From a virus (lineage: Duplodnaviria > Caudoviricetes), in the IMG/VR virus record IMGVR_UViG_3300020049_012431, positions 1 to 64,000 of that record: 64,000 nt of DNA; one strand, given 5' to 3'. Both the position numbers and the translations under genes were made by a program. Numbering within the stretch: position 1 is the stretch's first letter; each line of letters begins with the position of its first letter. Below, piece by piece: positions 16,224 to 24,408 of this stretch. The notes beneath the pieces were generated by a model. The model did no database searches, was not told the DNA's origin, and saw nothing but the letters and a program-made list of their open reading frames with translations.

Positions 16224-16885
16224 AAAAAATTATATTATCATCACTATTGGTTTTAGGGGCTTGCGCTCCAGTCGCTGGACCAAGAGGCGAAATGGGACCT
16301 GCTGCCCCTGCCGTGGTGGTTGCACCAGTGTCTTCTGTTGATGCGGACATTAAAGCACTCATTTCAGATGAAAACGCATATAGGGTTAGTCTTGGTCAGC
16401 CAGTTCTTTCAGCGGGACTTTCTTGTACTTTGTCAACCATTACTGGTGGGGATAGAATTCAAGCTAGTATTGCTGGACACAACACATTAACTGGTATTTC
16501 CCAAGTATATGCGTTTACATTTATGGGAGAATTTAATCAAGCTAATAGTAATGTTAATGATGGACTAAATGTCTTACCTCAATCATTAAGACCGTTATAT
16601 ACAAATATGTATCTTCTTCGATGTCAAGGTCAGATTGTTATTAGAGAAACCGATTATGTTCCATTTGAGTTAACTAGTGATGATGGATCTGTATTGTATA
16701 TAGACGGCGTTAAAGTTATTGATAATGACAATGCCCATGGTGCGGTAAAGGTAACTGGTGTAAAACAACTTCGACGCGGAGTACATTCATTCAGACTTGA
16801 TTTTGCTCAGTCTGGTGGTGGAAACCAAGCACTCATCCTAACATCAGGTAATGAACCAATTGCTAATAAATTTTTCGCACACTAG
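16220..16885 (+). CDS. PA14-domain lipoprotein
   Basis: Lipobox VLGAC; FELTSDDGSVLYIDGVKVIDND..HG...GVHSFRLDF PA14 signature. Confidence 0.85.
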   Translation: MKKIILSSLLVLGACAPVAGPRGEMGPAAPAVVVAPVSSVDADIKALISDENAYRVSLGQPVLSAGLSCTLSTITGGDRIQASIAGHNTLTGISQVYAFTFMGEFNQANSNVNDGLNVLPQSLRPLYTNMYLLRCQGQIVIRETDYVPFELTSDDGSVLYIDGVKVIDNDNAHGAVKVTGVKQLRRGVHSFRLDFAQSGGGNQALILTSGNEPIANKFFAH

Positions 16886-16894
16886 GAAGTTAAT

Positions 16895-17083
16895 ATGACA
16901 CGATACCTATATGCATTAAGTGCCGCTCATACTAATGTCGATGATCCGGTTATCATATCATTATGGGAAGACAGAAACGACGCTATAGATGCCGAAAAAC
17001 GAGCAAGAGCTAATGGTTACCAATATACTAACATTGAAGAAGTTGCGGTTAATAAGGATGAACTATGGGACTTGGAGGAATAG
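16895..17083 (+). CDS. Hypothetical protein
   Basis: 62-aa ORF. Confidence 0.55.
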   Translation: MTRYLYALSAAHTNVDDPVIISLWEDRNDAIDAEKRARANGYQYTNIEEVAVNKDELWDLEE

Positions 17084-17084
17084 T

Positions 17085-17381
17085 ATGGATAATAAAATCT
17101 ACATCTACATTCACGGATACGCAGAAGATAAACTTAAAGAAGTAATACTAAATGCTATTGCCGAATACCAGAAAAATGCTTTTATACTTCCTGTTAAACA
17201 CAATAGCTACCCATCCATAAGTGTAGAGCAAGTACCGTTAAATCTATCCGAAACAAATTTAATACCTACTCTTGTATTTGATTATAACGTTGCAGCAGCT
17301 CAAAAAGAAGACATAGTGAAATTAAAAAAGGTCGCAGATTCTTTAGAAACACTTAAGAATTTTTTAAAAAAGCAGGAGTAA
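17085..17381 (+). CDS. Hypothetical protein
   Basis: GGAGG SD before ATG 17085. Confidence 0.6.
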   Translation: MDNKIYIYIHGYAEDKLKEVILNAIAEYQKNAFILPVKHNSYPSISVEQVPLNLSETNLIPTLVFDYNVAAAQKEDIVKLKKVADSLETLKNFLKKQE

Positions 17382-17385
17382 TAGT

Positions 17386-17718
17386 ATGGAATATATTTTA
17401 AATTCAGTTGGTCCCGCAGAAAGTAAAAGAGTAACAATACAAATACCTTTGAATAGTGAGGCATTTGATTTTGTTTGTGGGTATTATAATACTCCATTAT
17501 TATTGACATTAAGTGCATCTGGATTAGCGAAGTTTATTATTATTAAAAATGGTCAAACTGTGGCAACATTATTTAATAACAATAATAATTTGAATATATT
17601 ATTTTATAATACAGTAAACTATACCGGGTATGATTTAATAGAAGTTATTGGTATAAATAGAGAATATAATGTCTATCAAGATTTGTATATAGGGTGGGAC
17701 TTGGGTGATGTGTTATGA
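17386..17718 (+). CDS. Hypothetical protein
   Basis: 110-aa ORF, AGGAG SD. Confidence 0.55.
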   Translation: MEYILNSVGPAESKRVTIQIPLNSEAFDFVCGYYNTPLLLTLSASGLAKFIIIKNGQTVATLFNNNNNLNILFYNTVNYTGYDLIEVIGINREYNVYQDLYIGWDLGDVL

Positions 17719-17972
17719 AACGAAGTGAAGCTTTAGCGCTGATAGCAAATCAGTTAGATTTTTTAAATAACAAATTTGAAGGGGTGCGTTTTGATTTTAC
17801 AAAAGAAGAACTGGCTCATGCCGATGTTATTTTGACGACACTAGAGGCTGCCGGTATGCAGCCACCAAACATCACATTGAGAGAATTAATTCCAAGAAGT
17901 TTGTGTCAAGTAATTCTTGACGTAGACAAACATCGGTACGCATGTTGGGAGCCAGAAAATGGGAACAAATAA
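17715..17972 (+). CDS. Hypothetical protein
   Basis: 85-aa ORF coupled to neighbours. Confidence 0.6.
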   Translation: MKRSEALALIANQLDFLNNKFEGVRFDFTKEELAHADVILTTLEAAGMQPPNITLRELIPRSLCQVILDVDKHRYACWEPENGNK

Positions 17973-18225
17973 AAATGACTGCTGTTATCCTGTTATTATA
18001 GATGATGTCTCGCAGAAACAATTTTGTGAACCAGGTTTAACTAAACGTGAATATTTTTCAGCATTGGCAATGCAACAACTTATTGGTAAAATTTTTGGCC
18101 ATGTATATGGTCATGATGTAAAAGGTAATTGTGCCGATGCGATTCAATGTGCTGAGTTGGCTGTAAAATATGCCGATGCATTAATTAATGAATTAAATAA
18201 GACAGAGGAGACAAATAATGTCTGA
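17959..18225 (+). CDS. Conserved small phage protein
   Basis: GLTKREYFSALAMQ...AVKYADALI pattern. Confidence 0.7.
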   Translation: MGTNKNDCCYPVIIDDVSQKQFCEPGLTKREYFSALAMQQLIGKIFGHVYGHDVKGNCADAIQCAELAVKYADALINELNKTEETNNV

Positions 18226-18418
18226 TAGTACAGATGATGTTGATTGGTACGATGAGGATTATGATGATGATAGGATTGATTTAACTAAATTAATACGTAA
18301 ATTAGAAAAAATTGCATATGCGGATTTGGATAATTTTAAAAACGAACAACACATGATTAATTATATGAAAAAAATGACAAAAATAATTATGTCAGATTTA
18401 ACAGGATGGGATTATTAA
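18218..18418 (+). CDS. Acidic hypothetical protein
   Basis: GAGGAG SD. Confidence 0.55.
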   Translation: MSDSTDDVDWYDEDYDDDRIDLTKLIRKLEKIAYADLDNFKNEQHMINYMKKMTKIIMSDLTGWDY

Positions 18419-18557
18419 ATGAAAATATTTTTTACGATTTTAGCAATTGGTTTAGTCAGTAGTTTATTACCGTTAGGATATTATAGTGTGGTGTTTGGTG
18501 CCCCTGCTGTTATTTTAAATACTATCATACTAAGTTTGGTATTTAAGAAAGAATTGT

Positions 18558-18791
18558 ATGGAATTTAAAGTCGGGGATATAGTCGAGTGGTGTGGGGCAA
18601 TTGGCAAAGTAATGATTGATGATAACACTCAATCCTTAAGTAGACCAATTTGCTGTCAATTTGGAGAGCCCTCTCGGTGTTTTTATTTTACAGCTGATGG
18701 TAAAGCGTTTCCTTGGCATAAAGAACCAAGCTTGAAGTTAATACATGGAGGTGCGATTGAGCAACTTAGCAGAGAACCTATTGGTTCATGA
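18558..18791 (+). CDS. Hypothetical phage protein
   Basis: FKVGDIVEW...FTADGK...EPSLKL pattern. Confidence 0.6.
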   Translation: MEFKVGDIVEWCGAIGKVMIDDNTQSLSRPICCQFGEPSRCFYFTADGKAFPWHKEPSLKLIHGGAIEQLSREPIGS

Positions 18792-19815
18792 AGAACCATT
18801 ATTGAATTTTCCTGATACCCGATACATGGGAAGCAAAAGAAAACTGCTGCCATCACTACAAGGAATTTTTAAGCAATTAGATTTCCGCACAAGTCTTGAT
18901 GCTTTTTCTGGAACTTCATCAGTAGCATATCTATTGAAATCGCTCGGTAAATCCGTAGATACAAATGATTATTTGATGTTCAACTATTTCATCGCCAAAG
19001 CACTCATTGAAAACAATGGAACGATTTTGACTGATGAGGAAGTAGAAGAAATTTGCACATTCAATGATGACAAAAATAACTTCATTGAAAAGAATTTTTC
19101 AAATATTTATTATTCAAAAAAAGACTGCAAATGGCTTGATTCTGCATGGGCAAACATTGAGTTCATAACCGACCCATACAAGAAAGCTATTGCGCTAACT
19201 GCATTGTGCAGAGCTTGTATTAAGAAAAGACCCAGAGGGATTTTTACTTATACTGGCATGAGATACGATGATGGCAGAAAAGATTTAAAAACGGAACTTG
19301 CCGACCATTTTGCAGAAGCCGTAAAAATGGTGAATCGCTCTGTCATCACCAGTAAAAAGAAATGCATTGCCTACAACCAAGATATAATGAAGTTTAAGAA
19401 ATCAAACTATGACTTGGTATATCTTGATCCACCTTACTTTTCGCTAAAATCTGATAATGAGTACTCTCGTAGGTATCACTTTCTTGAAGGCCTTGTTTCT
19501 TATTGGTCTCATGTGGAAATCAATCAAGAGACGAAGACAAAGAAATTTGACCGAATTGAATCTGATTTCACTCATCGGAGCAAAATTGTTCCTGCGTTTG
19601 AATCGCTGTTTGATAAATTTTCTGACAGCCAAATTGTGATGTCTTACTCTTCAAACTGTTTTCCAGATGCAACTATTTTGAAAAGTCTTTTAAAGAATGC
19701 TGGCAAGGCTGTTGAGCTTATTGAGATTGATTATGTTTATTCAGTAGGAACGCACTCACACAAGAAAGATAATGAATCTAATCGTGTTAAGGAATACGTC
19801 TTTTTAGGACTGTAG
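18745..19815 (+). CDS. N6-adenine DNA methyltransferase (Dam/D12 class)
   Basis: RYMGSK, DAFSGTSSV (motif I) and YLDPPY (motif IV). Confidence 0.9.
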   Translation: MEVRLSNLAENLLVHEEPLLNFPDTRYMGSKRKLLPSLQGIFKQLDFRTSLDAFSGTSSVAYLLKSLGKSVDTNDYLMFNYFIAKALIENNGTILTDEEVEEICTFNDDKNNFIEKNFSNIYYSKKDCKWLDSAWANIEFITDPYKKAIALTALCRACIKKRPRGIFTYTGMRYDDGRKDLKTELADHFAEAVKMVNRSVITSKKKCIAYNQDIMKFKKSNYDLVYLDPPYFSLKSDNEYSRRYHFLEGLVSYWSHVEINQETKTKKFDRIESDFTHRSKIVPAFESLFDKFSDSQIVMSYSSNCFPDATILKSLLKNAGKAVELIEIDYVYSVGTHSHKKDNESNRVKEYVFLGL

Positions 19816-19913
19816 CCTTTCCTTGCCACGATTCCAAATTGTGAATTTCAAATTTACTTAGGCGAGCTATTTCAAATAGCCGTCTTTTGCGAAAGTAAGA
19901 ATGAGGTCGAAGA

Positions 19914-20258
19914 GTGAAAAGCGAGCAATTTGCAGAAGAAATGCTAGAAGAGATTGAAAACTTTAAAGATTTAACCAAAGAAGAACTTCCAGTAATCGCA
20001 AAAGAATATTTACAGTATAAAATAGTGAATTCTATTCTTGGTATTATATCAGGAAGCGTCTTGTTAATCCTATCAGCTATTGCGATTATAATTTGTGTAA
20101 ATAATGGTAGGCCCGTGGGTATAACAATAGGATTGGGGGTTGGGTTTACGGGATTTTCTATAACAGTTTTAAGTATAGACACACTTCTCCGCGTTATTTT
20201 ACAACCTCACCGCATGGCTATTGACTCAATAATATCATTAATAGGTAAAACAAAATGA
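19914..20258 (+). CDS. Membrane protein (2 TM)
   Basis: KEELPVIAKEYLQY followed by two hydrophobic helices. Confidence 0.6.
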   Translation: MKSEQFAEEMLEEIENFKDLTKEELPVIAKEYLQYKIVNSILGIISGSVLLILSAIAIIICVNNGRPVGITIGLGVGFTGFSITVLSIDTLLRVILQPHRMAIDSIISLIGKTK

Positions 20259-20262
20259 AATA

Positions 20263-20291
20263 TTGACAAAGACTAAAAATTATATTATTCT
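20263..20291 (+). promoter_or_regulatory. Sigma70-type promoter
   Basis: TTGACA-17-TATTCT. Confidence 0.7.
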
Positions 20292-20297
20292 GTATTT

Positions 20298-20496
20298 GTA
20301 AAAGCGATGTGGAAGCTGAACTTTCTACAGCGGGATGTAGACGAAAGACAAATCCAGTTAGTTCTGGAGACACATTGACGGGAGGCCAAAACCCCACCTC
20401 ATCGGTCAGCGCCTTAAATGTGCGCAGGAGCAATCCAAGACAACGAAAAGGGTCGGTCGGCAACGGGGTACGCCAGAGTCGCGTCTGGCCTTTTAC
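20298..20496 (+). ncRNA. Candidate ~200-nt structured non-coding RNA
   Basis: GC-rich island starting 7 nt after the -10 box; 5' GTAAAAG pairs with 3' CTTTTAC; internal hairpins. Confidence 0.6.
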
Positions 20497-20543
20497 ACAA
20501 CCTGAGTATGTTGTAAAACTACTCACCTTATAATTGGAGCAAT

Positions 20544-20753
20544 GTGAAAACATCATTCTATATAAATACCGACATTGAGCAAGCTCTAGACTTAACTGGC
20601 CTAGCTTTAGACGAATTAGAATCTGTTGTTGGTAGATTTGCCGCTCACTCAAGACGGTCCGGGCTTTTGCGCGGTAAAATAGTGGAATATTCTTGCGGTA
20701 AAATTGAAATTAGAACTTGTTTTGGTAATAAATTATTGTGGAGTAATAAATAA
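20544..20753 (+). CDS. Hypothetical protein
   Basis: GGAG SD, GTG start. Confidence 0.5.
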   Translation: MKTSFYINTDIEQALDLTGLALDELESVVGRFAAHSRRSGLLRGKIVEYSCGKIEIRTCFGNKLLWSNK

Positions 20754-20805
20754 ACTGTATTGTTTGAAAGAAATTTTGAACATTAAAAATTAATAGGAGA
20801 AGAAA

Positions 20806-21108
20806 ATGAGACAACAAAAATTTAAAATTGGCGATAAGGTAGAAGTAAAACAAGCTGCACTCACTTGGTGCCTAAATAACCCAGACGCATATGAGGTGAG
20901 CACAACAGGACAACTAAGTGATGAACTCGCCTATGACATACAATGTAACATTGGTCTTGCGTCTTTATTGGGAGAAAAATTTGTTGGCACCATCACTCGA
21001 ATTGGAGCAGAAGATGATAAGAATGATTATTTCTATAGAGTTAAACTTGATACGGTTTTTGGAATAGAAGAGTCATATCATGATATTAAAGATCTTTTAC
21101 GGAGATAA
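20806..21108 (+). CDS. Hypothetical protein (KOW/SH3-like FKIGDKV start)
   Basis: AGGAG SD. Confidence 0.65.
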   Translation: MRQQKFKIGDKVEVKQAALTWCLNNPDAYEVSTTGQLSDELAYDIQCNIGLASLLGEKFVGTITRIGAEDDKNDYFYRVKLDTVFGIEESYHDIKDLLRR

Positions 21109-21110
21109 CT

Positions 21111-21386
21111 ATGTTGCACGAATTATTACTAATGCACGCTTGTATTACTGGGATTGGTTGCAATCAAACATTTGAAGCATATAAATTCTATAATAAAGAT
21201 CTGGCTGCTAGCATAAATCGTGTTGAATTTCTTGCGGACCATTATACACCAGGATTTGCTAAAACATTCATTATGCCAGGAGTGGCTCTTGCTATGGGCG
21301 GAAGTGCTATTGTTAATGTAATCGGTCCTGTTAGTTACCGTTATAGTAAAGACACACAAGAAATTCTCTTGACAAAAAGCTTTTAA
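21111..21386 (+). CDS. Hypothetical protein
   Basis: GGAG SD. Confidence 0.6.
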   Translation: MLHELLLMHACITGIGCNQTFEAYKFYNKDLAASINRVEFLADHYTPGFAKTFIMPGVALAMGGSAIVNVIGPVSYRYSKDTQEILLTKSF

Positions 21387-21397
21387 TCTGATAGGAT
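21369..21397 (+). promoter_or_regulatory. Sigma70-type promoter, leaderless geometry
   Basis: TTGACA-17-TAGGAT, then 6 nt to ATG 21404. Confidence 0.65.
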
Positions 21398-21403
21398 AGG
21401 CAC

Positions 21404-22516
21404 ATGAATACAAAATTAAGTCATAGCCAGGTTAATAGATTTAGTATGTGCCCTAAATCTTATTATTTTCATTATATTGAAAAGCTACGACCTATAACAA
21501 CAACAGGAGCATTATTATTTGGAAGCGCACTAGATGCAGCTTTAAATAGTGTTTTACTCGGTAAAACCGATGCGGAGGCAGTGTTTGAACAATCCTTCAC
21601 CCACCAAAAAATTAACGATGTGGAAACGTATTTGCCAACAAGTGAATTTATTATATACGCGAACAATGATATGGATATTGATTTACTCACTGAAGAAGAT
21701 TTTATCTCTATTGAGAAAAAAGTTGAAGAAAATGCGATACAAAGATGTGACAATTACATATCAACTTATCAAACATTAAAAAAGAAAAAATCAGAAAAAG
21801 GATTTGACTGTCTTTCTTTAAATGAAAAACGAACGATGAATTTATTAAACTGGCTTAGCATGAGACGTAAAGGTTTTCTAATGTTAAAGGCTTATGCAAA
21901 AAAAGTAATGCCTAGATTTAACACGGTCCATGAAGTACAACTTTCGATTAATTTAGAAAATGGATCTGGTGACAGCGTAATTGGTTTTGTGGATCTTGTT
22001 GCTGATGTTAAAGGTCATGGTACTGTTATTCTTGATAATAAAACTGCCAGCAGAGCATATGAGTCTGATAGCGTTCGCACCAGCGCTCAGCTTAGTTTAT
22101 ATCTTCATGCGCTTCAAGATAAATACCCAACAAGAAAAGCGGGCTATATTGTTTTAAATAAACAACTAATAAAAAATCGAGTAAAGATTTGCAGTAAATG
22201 CGGAAATGATGGAAGTGGGGCTAGACACAAGACATGCGATGCCATGGTAGGCGGAGAACGATGTCATGGGTCATGGAAAGAAACTATTGCGCCAGAAGTT
22301 GACGTTCAGTTCATTATCGACACAATTCCAGAAAGAGTTGAGAATTTGGTCATTGAGAATATTGACGCAACAAACCAAGCTATAAAGAGCGGAATATTTG
22401 TTAGAAATCTAAATAATTGTCAAAACTGGTTTGGTGGGAAATGCCCCCATTTTGATGTTTGTTATAAAGGTAAAGAAACAAATTTATGTAGAGTGAAGGG
22501 TTCTGGGAAAACATGA
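21404..22516 (+). CDS. PD-(D/E)XK (RecB/Cas4-like) exonuclease
   Basis: LSHSQ..CP..Y, GFVDLV, ILDNKT, QLSLY, C-terminal CxxxxxxxxCPHFDVC; inserted Cys cluster. Confidence 0.85.
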   Translation: MNTKLSHSQVNRFSMCPKSYYFHYIEKLRPITTTGALLFGSALDAALNSVLLGKTDAEAVFEQSFTHQKINDVETYLPTSEFIIYANNDMDIDLLTEEDFISIEKKVEENAIQRCDNYISTYQTLKKKKSEKGFDCLSLNEKRTMNLLNWLSMRRKGFLMLKAYAKKVMPRFNTVHEVQLSINLENGSGDSVIGFVDLVADVKGHGTVILDNKTASRAYESDSVRTSAQLSLYLHALQDKYPTRKAGYIVLNKQLIKNRVKICSKCGNDGSGARHKTCDAMVGGERCHGSWKETIAPEVDVQFIIDTIPERVENLVIENIDATNQAIKSGIFVRNLNNCQNWFGGKCPHFDVCYKGKETNLCRVKGSGKT

Positions 22517-22707
22517 AAAAAGAATTACGTGTAAGCTTTTATTGGGACTTTGTTGATGTAGACGAATCTGCTGAATTTATCGAAGTGCAGTTTCCAAATT
22601 GGTTCTATGATATGAGAAACAGACGCATAGATCCTGATGTAAAAGAAAAATTGAAAACAGGAAAATATAAAGTACTATTGGTATCGGAGGATGAAAGTGG
22701 GAAGTAA
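22513..22707 (+). CDS. Hypothetical protein
   Basis: 64-aa ORF coupled to neighbours. Confidence 0.55.
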   Translation: MKKELRVSFYWDFVDVDESAEFIEVQFPNWFYDMRNRRIDPDVKEKLKTGKYKVLLVSEDESGK

Positions 22708-23104
22708 GTTTTTTGGATTGAAGAATAAGGGTAAAAAACGCAGCGCAACAATAGAAGCACCAAATACTGATGCGTTCTCTGAGCAAGAGCTGACATCTAT
22801 GTTAGATGAGTTGAATGCTCCATTAGTGGAAGAAACAGTCGTAGATAAACCGGCACCTCCAGTATTAGAGAAGCAAGAAGTAGTCCATGTCACTAAGCAC
22901 AATGAAGAAAACTTTATAGCTTATGGTATTTGTTACAACGAAGAAAAAAAGAAATACATGCTTTTTTCTATTGACTATAATCCAAAAACGGGATATAGTG
23001 AAGTTATTGGTACAGAGGAATACGCTGATAGCGCACCAACTGCACTAAATAAATTAAATCGTATTATGAGTTTAAAACTACTTAAAAAAGAGGAGAGATA
23101 TTAA
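22691..23104 (+). CDS. Hypothetical protein
   Basis: 137-aa ORF. Confidence 0.6.
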   Translation: MKVGSKFFGLKNKGKKRSATIEAPNTDAFSEQELTSMLDELNAPLVEETVVDKPAPPVLEKQEVVHVTKHNEENFIAYGICYNEEKKKYMLFSIDYNPKTGYSEVIGTEEYADSAPTALNKLNRIMSLKLLKKEERY

Positions 23105-23105
23105 A

Positions 23106-23636
23106 ATGATTAAATCAGAGAGTATTGCTAAAATCGCTTTAGCACTTTTAGAAGCACAAAAGAATATGGGTAATGCAACTAAAGAATCTAAGAACCCATT
23201 CTTTAAATCAACTTACGCAGATTTAAACTCAGTTCGTGAAGCGGTAACTCCGGCACTAAATGCAGCTGGTATTACTGTAATGCAACCAACAATGCTTGCT
23301 GCTGATGGTACTGCTGTTGTTGAAACTACTTTGTTACATTCTTCGGGTGAATTTCTTGTATCACAATTCCCTATTGTATCATCAAAACAGAATGATCCTC
23401 AAGCATTTGGTAGTGCTGTGAGCTATGCTCGTCGTTATGGATTACAGAGCTTTCTTTCGGTTGGTGCCGTCGATGACGATGGCGAAGCTGATATGGGCAG
23501 AAAAACATTTACCACTAAGCCGGTAGCATTAGCTGAGTCTTTGTCTCAACCATTAACAGTAGGACCGGCATTAACTGCGGCAAAAAAGATTAGTTTTTCT
23601 AAAAACGCATTAAAACAAACAGAGGATGATATTTAA
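23106..23636 (+). CDS. ERF-family single-strand annealing protein
   Basis: KNPFFKSTYADL, LHSSGEF, PQAFGSAVSYARRY, DDDG. Confidence 0.9.
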   Translation: MIKSESIAKIALALLEAQKNMGNATKESKNPFFKSTYADLNSVREAVTPALNAAGITVMQPTMLAADGTAVVETTLLHSSGEFLVSQFPIVSSKQNDPQAFGSAVSYARRYGLQSFLSVGAVDDDGEADMGRKTFTTKPVALAESLSQPLTVGPALTAAKKISFSKNALKQTEDDI

Positions 23637-24025
23637 TGAGCACAGAAGATACAACAACACTTGGTCAAGGACTTGAAGAAGCGGTACAAGCATCAGAAGA
23701 ACCGGTTGCTGATGAGGTGGCTATTGCCGCAGGATATTATGCTCAATTAGCTAAGACAATTCGTGCCTATAGTCGAAATATGGGGGGCAAAGGTCTTGCT
23801 CGTGTTATTAGTGCTTATGCTGAATTTCCTTTTGCTGAAAAGTATCCAACATTCCGAAGTCAAACAGAACAACAATTATTTACTTTTTTGTTGACAATTC
23901 AAAGCACAAAGGCTACTATAAGTAACGCTATTCAATCGGAACACGCAAATATTGAAGAAGCCGCAGTAAATAATATGGTTAGTGAAATTCAAGAAAAACA
24001 AAAAGGAGAAACACATGGCAGCTAA
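23636..24025 (+). CDS. Hypothetical protein
   Basis: 129-aa ORF, GAGG SD. Confidence 0.65.
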   Translation: MSTEDTTTLGQGLEEAVQASEEPVADEVAIAAGYYAQLAKTIRAYSRNMGGKGLARVISAYAEFPFAEKYPTFRSQTEQQLFTFLLTIQSTKATISNAIQSEHANIEEAAVNNMVSEIQEKQKGETHGS

Positions 24026-24251
24026 ATGGACAAAAGTAGGAAGCTTACGTAAAAGTAAAACAGGTAACCTTTACATCAAGGTTGATACTGATTTTTCTTT
24101 AAAAAAAGATGACGCATTAAATCTACAAGATCCCCGCAAAAAGATTGCTTCAGCGGTTGAAGCCGGAAGAATGGAAGAATCGAAAGCAGAAGATTTGCTT
24201 TCAAAAATTCCTGACTATATCAAGTATGATATTTATTCTGTAGAAGAGTAG
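24015..24251 (+). CDS. Small protein, possible ssDNA-binding
   Basis: KWTKVGSLRKSKTGNLYIKV; located between recombinase and primase; acidic end. Confidence 0.55.
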   Translation: MAAKWTKVGSLRKSKTGNLYIKVDTDFSLKKDDALNLQDPRKKIASAVEAGRMEESKAEDLLSKIPDYIKYDIYSVEE

Positions 24252-24362
24252 ATCAGGTCTGGGAAATTATATTCGCGAATGAGCGCCCTTCGCCAATGGA
24301 CTGGCACGAATTTCCCCCTTTCTTTCGTTATACATGCACCGACATGAAAAACAGGTAATGTG

Positions 24363-24393
24363 ACCCCTCCATTTAAGCAGGGGTATTTTTTTT
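24363..24393 (+). terminator. Rho-independent terminator
   Basis: ACCCCT-N10-AGGGGT followed by ATTTTTTTT. Confidence 0.6.
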
Positions 24394-24408
24394 GTCATAG
24401 GAGCGCAA

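Noticed and set aside
20298-20496. Retron msr-msd, tmRNA, 6S RNA or RNase P identity for this RNA
   Set aside because: No reverse transcriptase in the window, no GGGGC/CCA acceptor ends, not a single rod, no RNase P P4 consensus; kept only as an unassigned RNA
19787-20652. Track ORFs 19787-20182 (-), 20218-20652 (-) and 20309-20533 (+)
   Set aside because: Antisense to a better-supported gene or overlapping the structured RNA; no SD or recognisable motifs
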